Below are positions 1 through 9,775 of a DNA stretch of 64,000 nt, piece by piece. This stretch comes from Pseudomonadota bacterium (GTDB lineage Bacteria > Babelota > Babeliae > Babelales > CAIQNR01), in assembly GCA_027487215.1 (NCBI GenBank), contig JAIYDZ010000006.1:1829-65828 (forward strand), read 5' to 3'. The notes beneath the pieces were generated by a model. The model was not told where the DNA came from. It saw nothing but the letters and a program-made list of their open reading frames with translations, and did no database searches. Every line of letters starts with the position of its first letter. The stretch's first letter is position 1. A program made the translations under genes and the position numbers.

Positions 1-61
1 ACTTTTTGCTTTCATTACGAGTTCTTTTGCGGGAAACGCAAACCATCTTGCTCACGAAGTA

Positions 62-688
62 ATGCCCGAAATTAACAAACTGGAAGCAGCTGTTGCGTAC
101 GATGAACAACTTCAAAAAGAAACTGCTAAAAGCTTTTTAGTCGGTATTTTGGGAGGATCTGCTGCAGGAATGCTCGCATTTCTTGCATTACCTGACAATG
201 CAAAAAGATGTGCAGTATTTATTCCTCTCATTGCAATAATTCCTTCTGTTTTTAAAGGAATTGAATCAAAAAAAGCGCATGATGCAGCACTCAGAGTTTT
301 TGATCATGTTGGCTCACTGAAACTCACTGAATATGGCATTGTAAGCATTCATTACATCACTCATAATGACCCTCAAAATTATGTATGGGCTTTAAATGCG
401 ACTGCCTACATTCGTTGTGCACGCGCACTGAAACTGACTTCTCAACAGATTTTTGACAAAGCAGTAGCCCACGGTCGCGATGATGTTAAGGCAATTATCG
501 TACAGCTCATACACGATGAAAATGTGATCCTTCAAAATAAATTACTTCACGAATCAATCGATGCAACTCAAGCTCGTGCGGCACGCGACAGAGAACAAGC
601 AGCACTTGCCGCAGCACAAACCACGCAAACTATTGTTGACACCATTATTGGTCGTCCTCAACAACAAAATGTATACGTTATTAACTAA
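62..688 (+). CDS. Hypothetical membrane protein, family copy 1 (hydrophobic hairpin plus helical C-terminal domain)
   Basis: 208-aa ORF. Aligns along its length with ORF 1546-2187 (FIPLIAIIPSVFKG vs LIPLLALIPSVPKF; YVWALNATAYIRCARALKLTSQQIFDKAVAHGRDDVKAIIVQL vs YCWALTANKYITLARALELTEEQILERAVSLGRNDIVKIITIQI). I recognise no known family. Confidence 0.6.
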   Translation: MPEINKLEAAVAYDEQLQKETAKSFLVGILGGSAAGMLAFLALPDNAKRCAVFIPLIAIIPSVFKGIESKKAHDAALRVFDHVGSLKLTEYGIVSIHYITHNDPQNYVWALNATAYIRCARALKLTSQQIFDKAVAHGRDDVKAIIVQLIHDENVILQNKLLHESIDATQARAARDREQAALAAAQTTQTIVDTIIGRPQQQNVYVIN

Positions 689-736
689 CACCCGAAGGAA
701 TTACTCTTCATCAAAAAACTGATAGCATTATTAACA

Positions 737-1351
737 GTGACACTATTTTTAAACACGCAAGCAATTGATAACAGCACAGCAAGTGATGAATACAAAATAT
801 TAGAACAAGAATTTCACACTGCCCTCACACTCTTTAAAGTTGAACAAGTAAAACAAAAAGACCATAAAATATTAATGACCGAAGCAAAAAATCTGCCAGA
901 TCTGTCAATCTGTAGATATGTTTTTTATGCTTTTCCCGCTTTTACTGCACTTGTAGCCTGCTGTGCTCCTGAAAGAGAACAACTAAAAACCTGCCTCTTG
1001 TTTTTGGCAAGTCTTGGAGTTGCTAGTTACGTATGGAAAAAAAGTAATCAATCCCTTGAGACAAAAGAAGACTTCTTAGCTTCCCTACAACATCACTTCA
1101 ATGAATTAGACAAAGCTGTCGATAAAGCAGAAACAAACCTTTCAAAAAACATAATAGCACTTGCTAAACATCCTGAAACTGATTTCACTTACTTTATACA
1201 CCTGTGTAAAGAAGCAGGATTTGATACTTTCAGTGCGCAAATTAATCATGCACATAGAGCAGACAGAAAAGATTTCATTGAACAAATTAAAGATTTGGTT
1301 CTGGCGCTTGTTCCAGCAAAGCAACTAGACGCTTTAGAAAAAGTAAAATAA
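737..1351 (+). CDS. Hypothetical membrane protein (central hydrophobic hairpin, helical C-terminus)
   Basis: 204-aa ORF with a GTG start, same strand as its neighbours. Followed by a strong intrinsic terminator. Hydrophobic segment is YVFYAFPAFTALVACCAP...CLLFLASLGVASYVW. No family recognised. Confidence 0.5.
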   Translation: MTLFLNTQAIDNSTASDEYKILEQEFHTALTLFKVEQVKQKDHKILMTEAKNLPDLSICRYVFYAFPAFTALVACCAPEREQLKTCLLFLASLGVASYVWKKSNQSLETKEDFLASLQHHFNELDKAVDKAETNLSKNIIALAKHPETDFTYFIHLCKEAGFDTFSAQINHAHRADRKDFIEQIKDLVLALVPAKQLDALEKVK

Positions 1352-1382
1352 GGTCTTTAATATTCTCAAATAAAACTAATTT

Positions 1383-1410
1383 AAAGGGCTGGCAACGGCC
1401 CTTTTTTATA
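1383..1410 (+). terminator. Rho-independent terminator (9-bp stem, GCAA tetraloop, T-run)
   Basis: AAAGGGCTG-GCAA-CGGCCCTTT followed by TTTT. The identical sequence recurs at 2234. Confidence 0.7.
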
Positions 1411-1464
1411 TTTAAGCTTAAAATATTTTCCCTGCTGTTAATTTAAGCTTAAAGTCGGGGGCTG

Positions 1465-1492
1465 TTGAATGCTAGGGCACAGCTGCTATACT
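1465..1492 (+). promoter_or_regulatory. Putative sigma-70-type promoter for ORF 1546-2187
   Basis: TTGAAT (1465-1470), 16-nt spacer, TATACT (1487-1492), about 55 nt upstream of the ATG. AGGAGG Shine-Dalgarno at 1533-1538. Confidence 0.35.
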
Positions 1493-1545
1493 TAATAGAG
1501 TACTATTAAAAAAGAATCTATGTTAAATCTTAGGAGGTTTTAATT

Positions 1546-2187
1546 ATGAAAAAATCATTATTGTTATTTTTTAGTCTTGGGTTACTTCAGCCTTCACATG
1601 CAAGTATTTTTGAACAAACCTATACTACTGTTGTGAACCAAGAAATAGAAAAATGTGTTGAGCTTATTGAAGATGCTCAGAAAAACTACAATGAGGGAAT
1701 TATAAGAATGTTAGTTGGTTGCGCCGGCGGAATTATGGGAGGAGCAATAGTAGAAAAACTACTTCCTGAAACCTTGCGCCAGTGGGCAGTGCTTATTCCT
1801 CTGTTGGCACTCATTCCTTCAGTGCCTAAATTCAATAAATCTAACCAAACATATAACCAAGCACTCGGACTGTTTGACTGTCTTGCAAAAACGAAAATTA
1901 TAAACAACGAACTAGTTTTAGTTGACTCACCTCTTATTAGTCATGATGATTACTGCTGGGCTTTAACCGCCAACAAGTATATCACTCTTGCTAGAGCACT
2001 TGAACTAACTGAAGAACAGATTCTTGAAAGAGCAGTCAGTCTGGGTCGTAATGATATTGTAAAGATCATTACAATACAAATAGACGCTAAAAATGCAATT
2101 CTTAAAAAAAGATTGATCACTGAACAAATTGAGGCCACTAAAGTCCGTGCTGAAAAAGATAGACAGTCGCTGCGCAATGCTGCGTAA
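1546..2187 (+). CDS. Hypothetical exported/membrane protein, family copy 2 (paralog of 62-688)
   Basis: 213-aa ORF. N-terminal signal peptide MKKSLLLFFSLGLLQPSHA. Full-length similarity to ORF 62-688. Good SD. Confidence 0.65.
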   Translation: MKKSLLLFFSLGLLQPSHASIFEQTYTTVVNQEIEKCVELIEDAQKNYNEGIIRMLVGCAGGIMGGAIVEKLLPETLRQWAVLIPLLALIPSVPKFNKSNQTYNQALGLFDCLAKTKIINNELVLVDSPLISHDDYCWALTANKYITLARALELTEEQILERAVSLGRNDIVKIITIQIDAKNAILKKRLITEQIEATKVRAEKDRQSLRNAA

Positions 2188-2233
2188 AACATTCAATAAT
2201 TATTCTACAGTTTTCTAGTTACTGTAAAATTTT

Positions 2234-2261
2234 AAAGGGCTGGCAACGGCCCTTTTTTTAT
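2234..2261 (+). terminator. Rho-independent terminator, identical copy of the 1383 hairpin
   Basis: AAAGGGCTGGCAACGGCCCTTTTTTT. Confidence 0.7.
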
Positions 2262-2413
2262 GCTCAACATTCGCACTATTTTTTACACTAGTACATCCTT
2301 TACTTTTAGTTCTTGCATGCGCGATCGTCCCTTTGGTACAATCCGACACAGCTTTTGCACCCCGGCATTGCACACTTTTGTGTCACCCTTTTTTGTTACC
2401 TAAAGGATGTTGT

Positions 2414-2797
2414 ATGAAGACTTTGCGTACCATTGCTTTTGCCACTGCCCTTTCTCTTTCCTTATCAACTGCCCATGCATCAGACCAACACACCCCATCA
2501 CGCTTTATGTTTATTCCTTTTTTTGCAAACGCCAAACAGTGCCCAGTACTACAAAAAATATGCTGCTCACACTTTATCGGCCCAGTACTCACCACAGTCG
2601 GAGCTGCAGGAACACTCGGACTCCTTCTTCAAAAACGGGGCATTATTGATCTTATTAAGCTCACTGCCAAATCACGTCGTTCAGCTGAAAAATTCTTTGG
2701 CCTTGCGCTTGTAGCAGGCGTTATTGCATGGCTATGGCATGAATATAAATGCTGTCATGACCAAGAGCTACCTCAACCCTATGACTTTTCATGCTAG
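2414..2797 (+). CDS. Small hypothetical secreted/membrane protein, Cys-rich
   Basis: The internal ATG at 2414 has an AAAGGA SD and gives signal peptide MKTLRTIAFATALSLSLSTAHA. The TTG-extended ORF from 2333 adds an implausible leader. Confidence 0.45.
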   Translation: MKTLRTIAFATALSLSLSTAHASDQHTPSRFMFIPFFANAKQCPVLQKICCSHFIGPVLTTVGAAGTLGLLLQKRGIIDLIKLTAKSRRSAEKFFGLALVAGVIAWLWHEYKCCHDQELPQPYDFSC

Positions 2798-2897
2798 CAA
2801 CAGCGCTTACCACTAAGGCAACGTGACATTTTTGGGGGCTCTGATAGGCTTTAAAAGCACGGTGTAAAACTGTCTATTGAGAATATAAAGGGTCCCC

Positions 2898-4538
2898 ATG
2901 AATCCATTAGAGCTGCTTCATTCAGAATTTTTAAATTTTCTTTCTTCACAGTACTCTCATCCAGAGTTGGTACAAAAAAGTGATTTCACTTTAAACACAG
3001 ACCCTCAACGCGCCACTTTTGGCGATATTAGTACCAATGTATCCCTTTTACTTTCAAAATCTTTAGGCCGTGCACCGCGCGATATAGCGCAAGAAATCGC
3101 AACCAGATTTGAGCATACTCTTATCAACAAAATTGAAGTTGCCGGACCAGGTTTTTTAAATATCTTTTTAAAACCAGAGTTCTTTAAAACTATTGCTGTA
3201 CATCTTTTTACCCAAAAAAATGAGTTCTTTAAAAAAGAGTCTCCAACCACTACCTATAATCTTGAGTTTGTCAGTGCAAACCCTACTGGCCCGCTGCACA
3301 TCGGTCATGGCAGAGGCGGAATTATTGGCGACGTGCTGGGCAATGTACTGAAATTCCTTGGATACACCGTATGTAAAGAACATTACATCAATGACGCGGG
3401 CAGCCAAATGCAAAAATTGGGCATGTCATTAAAAATTCGTTGTCAACAAAACCTTGGCCATGAGATTGAACTTCCTGAAGGTTCTTACCAAGGTGAGTAC
3501 ATGAAGGAACTTGCGCAACAATGTATTAACGAACATGGCGCTGACGTTATTACTAAAGACGATGCGTTTTTTACTGAGTACGGATACAAACATTTACTCC
3601 TTCTTTTACAAAACACTGTTGCGTCATACAACATTTCATTTGATATGTGGTTTTCAGAACGAATCTTGCATCAAGGAAAAATTGAGCAAGCGCTTACACG
3701 TTTAACTGAAAATGGTCACACTTATGAGCTTGAAGGCGCACTCTGGTTTGCCTCAACACGTTTTGGTGATGATAAAGACCGTGTACTTAAAAAATCTGAC
3801 GGTGAATATACGTACGCTGCCGCTGACGTTGCCTATATGCTTAATAAAGCGTCTCGTGGTTTTAACCATATCATTATTGTGTTGGGACAAGATCATGACA
3901 GTTACCCAAAACGTCTTGAAGGATTTAGACAAGCGCTTGGCCTTGATAGCGTGACACTTGAGTGCATCATCTACCAACTTGTTTCTATTAAAGAAGCTGG
4001 TGAACAGGTACGTCTTTCAAAACGAGCAGGAAGAATTGTTGGGCTTGCTGATATTATTGAAATAGTAGGCACAGACATTGCGCGATTCTTTTATGTTAAC
4101 CGTAAAGCTGATGCACATTTAGAGTTTGATCTTGCGCTTGCGCTTTCAAACACTGAAGAAAACCCTGTGTATTACTTGCAGTATGCTTATGTGCGAACTA
4201 ATAGTATTTTAGAAAAGGCTGTCGCGCATCCTGAGTTTGCAAACATTAATGCAGACGATGCACAGTTTTTAACTGAGAACGAACGGTTGATGCTCAAAAA
4301 AATTGTTGAGCTTAAATCGTTGCTTCACAACATTTCACACAACTATCAGGTACATTTAATTGCGTACTATCTTCTTGATCTTGCGCATATGTTTCACAAC
4401 TACTACCACCACAACCGTGTGCTTGAACCAGAAACAGTTAACCAAAGTCGCGGGCGTTTATTGTTAGTAACGTTAGTTAAAGAAACATTTGATCGTTGCT
4501 TGCTTGTTATGGGACTCACTCGTCCTGATAAGATGTAA
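2898..4538 (+). CDS. argS: Arginyl-tRNA synthetase
   Basis: 546 aa. Class I HIGH motif in SANPTGPLHIGHGRGG. Typical ArgRS C-terminal anticodon-binding region ending in M. Confidence 0.95.
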   Translation: MNPLELLHSEFLNFLSSQYSHPELVQKSDFTLNTDPQRATFGDISTNVSLLLSKSLGRAPRDIAQEIATRFEHTLINKIEVAGPGFLNIFLKPEFFKTIAVHLFTQKNEFFKKESPTTTYNLEFVSANPTGPLHIGHGRGGIIGDVLGNVLKFLGYTVCKEHYINDAGSQMQKLGMSLKIRCQQNLGHEIELPEGSYQGEYMKELAQQCINEHGADVITKDDAFFTEYGYKHLLLLLQNTVASYNISFDMWFSERILHQGKIEQALTRLTENGHTYELEGALWFASTRFGDDKDRVLKKSDGEYTYAAADVAYMLNKASRGFNHIIIVLGQDHDSYPKRLEGFRQALGLDSVTLECIIYQLVSIKEAGEQVRLSKRAGRIVGLADIIEIVGTDIARFFYVNRKADAHLEFDLALALSNTEENPVYYLQYAYVRTNSILEKAVAHPEFANINADDAQFLTENERLMLKKIVELKSLLHNISHNYQVHLIAYYLLDLAHMFHNYYHHNRVLEPETVNQSRGRLLLVTLVKETFDRCLLVMGLTRPDKM

Positions 4539-4561
4539 TTTTTTATCAAAAATAGAAAACT

Positions 4562-4601
4562 AAAAAAAGGTTCAAAGTGAAACATCTTCGAACCTTTTTT
4601 T
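4562..4601 (+). terminator. Rho-independent terminator after argS
   Basis: GGTTCAAAG / CTTCGAACC stem (one mismatch) at 4569-4594, flanked by an A-run and a T-run. Confidence 0.6.
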
Positions 4602-4682
4602 ATGTCAAAAACAATAGACAACGCTCAATCCAATCTGTTACGAAAGGCAAGCAATCTTAATTATAAAAAATGAGGAAAGTAT

Positions 4683-5114
4683 ATGTTACTTTTACAACGA
4701 TTTGTGCTTTTTGTGTTACTTAAAAGTGGTATTGAATCTTTGTTCTTAAATAAGTTCAATAAATCATTACCATTACAAAAAAGCTTTATGCTTTCTTTGG
4801 TCTCAGGAGTAATTTCAATTGTAGGTACGCTTGCCACTCTGTGGACACTTACACAGGCAACCCCTACTTTTAATTTCAATCATCTGACACCCGATAAAAC
4901 AGTTCACTTTTTTATACACACGGTGACACCGTTAGTTTTTATTTTTATAAATAATGTTATTTTTTTCCGTCTGATTACGCACAAACTATTAAAGATTACA
5001 AAAGTCTGCCATGTGCCCTTTATCATAGGGATAGGCTTACTTAGTGGTACTTTATTATTTGGCGCACTGTATCACACAGGATCACCTCTATTATGCTTCT
5101 TGCATCTGCAATAA
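4683..5114 (+). CDS. Hypothetical integral membrane protein
   Basis: 143-aa ORF with several hydrophobic helices. No motif recognised. Confidence 0.4.
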   Translation: MLLLQRFVLFVLLKSGIESLFLNKFNKSLPLQKSFMLSLVSGVISIVGTLATLWTLTQATPTFNFNHLTPDKTVHFFIHTVTPLVFIFINNVIFFRLITHKLLKITKVCHVPFIIGIGLLSGTLLFGALYHTGSPLLCFLHLQ

Positions 5115-5214
5115 TCTAGAAAGCTCATTTTGGTTTAATATTGCCAAAATTCCTTATTGTGGCACACTTATCTGATAAAACAGATACTAATGCATACCGC
5201 GATAAGGAGCTTTT

Positions 5215-5811
5215 ATGGCAAAAGTAAGCATGGAACTGATCCAGCAATTACGTGAACAGACCAGTATGGGCATGATGGATTGCAAAAAGGCACTCGAAGA
5301 ATCTGAAGGAAATATGGAAAGAGCTGTTGAGCTTTTACGCAAAAAAGGCGCTAAAGTTGCAGCTAAACGTGGCGAAAACGCAACTTCAGCAGGACTTGTT
5401 CATGCATACATCCACCCAGGTGGCAATGTTGGCGTACTCATTGAGCTTAACTGCGAAACAGATTTTGTAGCACGCAACGAAACATTCAAGCAACTTGCGA
5501 CAGACCTTGGCATGCACATCGCAGCACTTTCTCCGCTTTACTTAAGCCCAGAACAAGTTGACGCAACGTATCTTGAAAAAGAAACCAAGTTAATGCGTGA
5601 ACAACTTGCTGATGAAGGCAAAAAAGGTGACTTTATTGAAAAAATCATCGAAGGCAAAGTAAACAAACTCTATTCAGATGTGTGCTTACTTCAACAAAAA
5701 TTTGTTAAAAATGACAAAGTTACAGTTGATGAAGTCATTAAAGAACTTGTTGGCAAATTTGGCGAAAATATTAAAATTCGTCGTTTCTCACGTTTTCAAA
5801 TCGGTCTGTAA
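5215..5811 (+). CDS. tsf: Elongation factor Ts (short form)
   Basis: N-terminal UBA-like LIQQLREQTSMGMMDCKKALEESEGNMERAVELLRKKG. ELNCETDFVARNE motif. Confidence 0.95.
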   Translation: MAKVSMELIQQLREQTSMGMMDCKKALEESEGNMERAVELLRKKGAKVAAKRGENATSAGLVHAYIHPGGNVGVLIELNCETDFVARNETFKQLATDLGMHIAALSPLYLSPEQVDATYLEKETKLMREQLADEGKKGDFIEKIIEGKVNKLYSDVCLLQQKFVKNDKVTVDEVIKELVGKFGENIKIRRFSRFQIGL

Positions 5812-5829
5812 AAGACAAAAGGGATTTGT

Positions 5830-6417
5830 ATGAAAGATTTTATATTACAAGAAGGTCAAACCGCTCCATTTGAGAAAATGACTGATGAAGAAATGACTAA
5901 ATGCATTAAGCATTTTGAACATGAACTTGTTGGCATTCGCAGTGGACGCGCGCACCCTTCTATGGTTGAAAGCCTTAAGATTTCTTGTTACGGCGGAACA
6001 AGTGAGCTTCCTCTTAAGAACCTTGCTTCAGTTTCAACACCAGAACCACGCACATTGCTCATTCAGCCGTGGGATCAATCAATCATTGCTGATATTGAAA
6101 GAGCTATCCAAGATTCAGAACTTGGTATGACTCCACTTAACGATGGCAACGTAGTACGTCTTCAGCTTCCTGAAATGAGTGCTGACCGTCGTGAAGAAAT
6201 GATCAAAATTCTTGGCAAGAAGTTGGAAGAAACAAGAGTTGGTGTACGTAACGTACGTAAAAACATTCACAACTTAATTCGCGACCAGGAAAAAGATAAA
6301 GTAGTTTCAGAAGACTTTGCAAAACGTCTTAATGACCTGCTTCAAAAGATAACTGATCGCTTTATTAAAAAAGCTGAAGAAATGAGTGCTAAGAAAGAAA
6401 CTGAACTAAAGATGTAG
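5830..6417 (+). CDS. frr: Ribosome recycling factor
   Basis: 195 aa. LVGIRSGRAHPSMVESL... and LIQPWDQS blocks typical of RRF. Confidence 0.95.
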   Translation: MKDFILQEGQTAPFEKMTDEEMTKCIKHFEHELVGIRSGRAHPSMVESLKISCYGGTSELPLKNLASVSTPEPRTLLIQPWDQSIIADIERAIQDSELGMTPLNDGNVVRLQLPEMSADRREEMIKILGKKLEETRVGVRNVRKNIHNLIRDQEKDKVVSEDFAKRLNDLLQKITDRFIKKAEEMSAKKETELKM

Positions 6418-6494
6418 TTGTTTTAAATTCCCCTTTTACTTTTTAAAACCTTTTGCTACACTTTCTTTCTGTAACTGCAACATAGGTATTACCC

Positions 6495-6567
6495 GGGCCG
6501 TTAGCTCAATTGGTAGAGCAACAGACTCTTAATCTGCAGGTTATTGGTTCGATTCCAATACGGCCCA
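6495..6567 (+). tRNA. tRNA-Lys (anticodon CUU)
   Basis: Hand-folded cloverleaf. Acceptor GGGCCGT/ACGGCCC, D arm GCTC/GAGC, anticodon loop CTCTTAA, T arm ATTGG-TTCGATT-CCAAT. CCA not encoded. Confidence 0.9.
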
Positions 6568-6603
6568 ATTGAATTTACGGATACCCTGGTTGAAATTTGG
6601 TGC

Positions 6604-6691
<88 letters not shown>

Positions 6692-6718
6692 ACTACTAAA
6701 AAAAAGAAGGAGTAGCTG

Positions 6719-8035
6719 ATGGAAGAGCATCAAGCTCAGCTTGATTTTTCACTCAAGCGTGTAAGCCCTCATTTTGGTTATGCTACCGTTTCAGTTCCCC
6801 TCAATTACGTCAACCGGTTATACGCACATGCTTCGCTTGCTCAACAGTCAGAAACTTATACTCATGGCTTTACTAAAGGCCATACCCCTCTAGCCTATAT
6901 TGAAAAAAATTTCCAACCTCACCTTCTTGAACATATTAAAGAATTTTTTTTTAAATACTTTGTTATTGATTGGCTTTATCAAGAAATTTTACGTAATAAA
7001 ATATTAATTGCAGGTGAACCGCGGTTAGTAGATATTATTATCCAACCAAACAAACCTGCACTTTATAATTTTTCGCTAACTCTTGCACAACCTATTCCAC
7101 TACAAGGTTGGAAACGATTACCTTTTAAAGCACCTAAACGAAAAAATTATAAAGACCTTGATCGTCAGGTAAAAGAGTTTCTTAAAGAAGAACAAAAACG
7201 AGAAAAAGAAGCTACCAATGACATCATAGGTTTAGGTGATTGGGTATATTTTTCTGTTTCAATTCTTGATCAAAATGGCAATTCACTTTTTAGTGATTAT
7301 GCAAGCCATTTATGGGTAAAAATTGGTACAGAAGAAGCAGATATCCCTTTTCAAAAACTGTTCATTGGCAGAAAAGTTGGTGAAAGTTTTGTGACTAATG
7401 CAAACTGTTTACAGGAATATTTCAGTAGTCACATCGACACACACTATCCTTTTAGAATTGATATATTAGATTTTACACCGCACGCATTTTTTGAAGTCGA
7501 ACAGTTTAAAAAACATTTTAGACTCAGAAATTGTCAGGAACTTCATCAAAAATTGATTGAAGTGTTTTCTTATCGTAATGACATTTCACAACGACGTGCT
7601 ACTTCAGAAGATGCACTTAAATTGTTATTATCACGGCACACTTTTGAAGTCCCTAACCATTTAGTACTCCGCCAGCAAAAAGAAATTCTTGATGCTATTT
7701 ACGATAATCCCGATTATCAGGTGTATAAAATGCAAGGTGACTTTCAAGAGAAGGTACGAAAACTTGCAACCAAGCAGGTACGTGAAGCAATCTTCATTCA
7801 TCAACTTGGATGTTTTGAAGGAATCACTACTTCAACAGAAGATGTTAAAGGATATTTAAACCTCACCAAACGACCTCGCACCAAAGAGTTTATTTATTTT
7901 GAACCACCTTCGACAAAATACCTTGGACAAGAACTGCCCGTATCAGCAGCATTTTTAGAACAATATTGTTTGCGTGAAAAAACATTGAATCACGCTATTT
8001 ATTATCTGACTAAGCAAAAAGCTAAGGGACTATGA
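6719..8035 (+). CDS. tig: Trigger factor (divergent)
   Basis: 438 aa. N-terminal ribosome-binding signature HGFTKGHTPLAYIEKNF resembles GFRxGxxP. Size and position after tRNA-Leu are compatible. Otherwise weakly conserved. Confidence 0.65.
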   Translation: MEEHQAQLDFSLKRVSPHFGYATVSVPLNYVNRLYAHASLAQQSETYTHGFTKGHTPLAYIEKNFQPHLLEHIKEFFFKYFVIDWLYQEILRNKILIAGEPRLVDIIIQPNKPALYNFSLTLAQPIPLQGWKRLPFKAPKRKNYKDLDRQVKEFLKEEQKREKEATNDIIGLGDWVYFSVSILDQNGNSLFSDYASHLWVKIGTEEADIPFQKLFIGRKVGESFVTNANCLQEYFSSHIDTHYPFRIDILDFTPHAFFEVEQFKKHFRLRNCQELHQKLIEVFSYRNDISQRRATSEDALKLLLSRHTFEVPNHLVLRQQKEILDAIYDNPDYQVYKMQGDFQEKVRKLATKQVREAIFIHQLGCFEGITTSTEDVKGYLNLTKRPRTKEFIYFEPPSTKYLGQELPVSAAFLEQYCLREKTLNHAIYYLTKQKAKGL

Positions 8036-8967
8036 GCACCAATACTATACACAACGTTATTATTATCGGATCTGGTCCAGCAGGACTTTCAGCCGGTATT
8101 TACACCTCGCGAGCATTTTTAAAGCCTCTTCTTATTGAAGGTACCGCTCCTGGCGGCCAATTAATGGGAACCACCGCAGTTGAAAACTGGCCCGGCAATA
8201 CAAGTGTCATGGGTCCACAACTAATGATAAATATGCGTGAACACGCACGTCATTTTGGTACCACCTTTATGACAGGCACCGTAACAGGTGTTGATTTCTC
8301 ACAAAGGCCATTTACCATTGAAACTGCCAAACATGGAGCCTTTAAAACCCATTCAGTCATTATTTCCACCGGAGCTTCACCTAATAAATTAGGATGCCCA
8401 GGCGAATCTGAGTACTGGGGAAAAGGGGTAACTGTGTGCGCAGTATGCGATGGTGCTTTTTATCCCAATAAAAAAGCGGTCATAATTGGCGGTGGGGACA
8501 CGGCGATGGAAGATGCTTCATTTATGCACAAATACACAAAAGATATTACCATAGTGCATATCCTTGATAAATTGACTGCTTCCCCAGCCATGCAACAAAG
8601 GGTGCTTGAAAATCCAGACATAAAAATCATTTACTCCCATACCGTTACAGAAATTAAAGGGAATGGAACCCATGTTACCCAAGTAACAATCACCGATCAA
8701 AAAACAGGAACAGTCAAAACACTTGATACCGATGTGGTGTTTCTTGCCATCGGCCAAAAGCCCAATACAGGTATATTTAAAGGGCAGCTAGAGCTTGACC
8801 ACATGGGGTATATAAGCTTAAAAGGTGGGACTAAAACCTCTGTAGAAGGTGTTTTTGCAGCGGGAGATGTCACCGATTATATTTATCGCCAAGCCATTGT
8901 TTCGGCTGGATCGGGCTGTATGGCGGCTCTTGATACCCAACGATACTTGGAAAAAATGGGAATCTGA
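8032..8967 (+). CDS. trxB: Thioredoxin reductase
   Basis: FAD motif IIIGSGPAG. Redox-active CAVCDG. NADPH motif GGGDTAMEDA. ATGA overlap with the tig stop. Confidence 0.9.
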   Translation: MSTNTIHNVIIIGSGPAGLSAGIYTSRAFLKPLLIEGTAPGGQLMGTTAVENWPGNTSVMGPQLMINMREHARHFGTTFMTGTVTGVDFSQRPFTIETAKHGAFKTHSVIISTGASPNKLGCPGESEYWGKGVTVCAVCDGAFYPNKKAVIIGGGDTAMEDASFMHKYTKDITIVHILDKLTASPAMQQRVLENPDIKIIYSHTVTEIKGNGTHVTQVTITDQKTGTVKTLDTDVVFLAIGQKPNTGIFKGQLELDHMGYISLKGGTKTSVEGVFAAGDVTDYIYRQAIVSAGSGCMAALDTQRYLEKMGI

Positions 8968-8968
8968 G

Positions 8969-8997
8969 TTGAAAAAATCTTAAAATACCTTTATTAT
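8969..8997 (+). promoter_or_regulatory. Putative sigma-70 promoter of rpmH-rnpA-yidD
   Basis: TTGAAA (8969-8974), 17-nt spacer, TATTAT (8992-8997), about 40 nt upstream of the rpmH ATG. Confidence 0.45.
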
Positions 8998-9038
8998 AGC
9001 GTAGAGCATAGGATAGAACCTCTCCTTGAAGGATAGAC

Positions 9039-9182
9039 ATGTCAGTAACGTTTTTCAGAAAAAGTAATGTAAAAAGAAGAAGAAAACACGGTTTTCGCAA
9101 ACGCATGGCAACACGCGATGGTAGAAAAATTCTTAACCGTAGAAGAGCAAAAGGCAGAAAAAGATTGACGGTAAGTGGATAA
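9039..9182 (+). CDS. rpmH: 50S ribosomal protein L34
   Basis: Hand-translated 47 aa: [47 protein letters not shown]. Below the ORF-track length cutoff. Canonical position before rnpA. Confidence 0.9.
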   Translation: MSVTFFRKSNVKRRRKHGFRKRMATRDGRKILNRRRAKGRKRLTVSG

Positions 9183-9188
9183 GACTCG

Positions 9189-9524
9189 ATGGTGTTAACC
9201 ACTCGTTCAGTCTCTTCATTTACTAGATCTGAAATTGCAGATCTTTTTAAGCGGGCCCGCGTAGCGTTGCGTTACACGGGTATTCGTTTTTTAAAGGCTA
9301 AAAGTATTTTACCTCAAGGTAGATTACTTATTGTCACGCCTCGTGCATGTGGCAACGCCCCAGAAAGAAACTTGATCCGCCGAAGAGTAAAAGATATTTT
9401 TCGCACTCAAAATCTGGGAGCATTTGGATTTGATATCGTTATGATTGTAAGCAAAGACGGTATTGCAACTCCTTTTGAAACCTTAAAAACTTTACTTGCT
9501 CAAGCAGTAAATCCACAACCATGA
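9189..9524 (+). CDS. rnpA: RNase P protein component
   Basis: 111 aa. Basic RNR-type motif GNAPERNLIRRRVKDIFR. Synteny rpmH-rnpA-yidD. Confidence 0.85.
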   Translation: MVLTTRSVSSFTRSEIADLFKRARVALRYTGIRFLKAKSILPQGRLLIVTPRACGNAPERNLIRRRVKDIFRTQNLGAFGFDIVMIVSKDGIATPFETLKTLLAQAVNPQP

Positions 9525-9724
9525 TCACTATGATCAACAAAATTCTCAATGCTATCTGTGCATTTCTTATTGTCGGCATTAGACCACTGCTTGGACCGGC
9601 TACCTGTCGCTACCAAATTACCTGTACTCGCTTTGCATTAGAGGTCCTGGAAAAGGAATCATTCATTAATGCTTTTTTTATAATCTGCCAGCGGGTCCTT
9701 TCCTGTAACCCCTTTACAAAATAA
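9521..9724 (+). CDS. yidD: Membrane protein insertion efficiency factor YidD
   Basis: 67 aa. LLGPATCRYQITCTRFALEVL matches the YidD C-R-(F/Y)-x-P-(T/S)-C-S pattern. ATGA overlap with rnpA. Confidence 0.8.
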   Translation: MITMINKILNAICAFLIVGIRPLLGPATCRYQITCTRFALEVLEKESFINAFFIICQRVLSCNPFTK

Positions 9725-9775
9725 ACCTCCCTGTGCGATGCTTTTTGAGAAAGCACGTAACATAAGGAGAGTGTA

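Noticed and set aside
2333-2413. TTG-initiated N-terminal extension of ORF 2333-2797, plus overlapping ORFs 2407-2649 and 2433-2714
   Set aside because: The extension precedes a textbook signal peptide that starts at ATG 2414 with its own SD. The overlapping frames lack any support.
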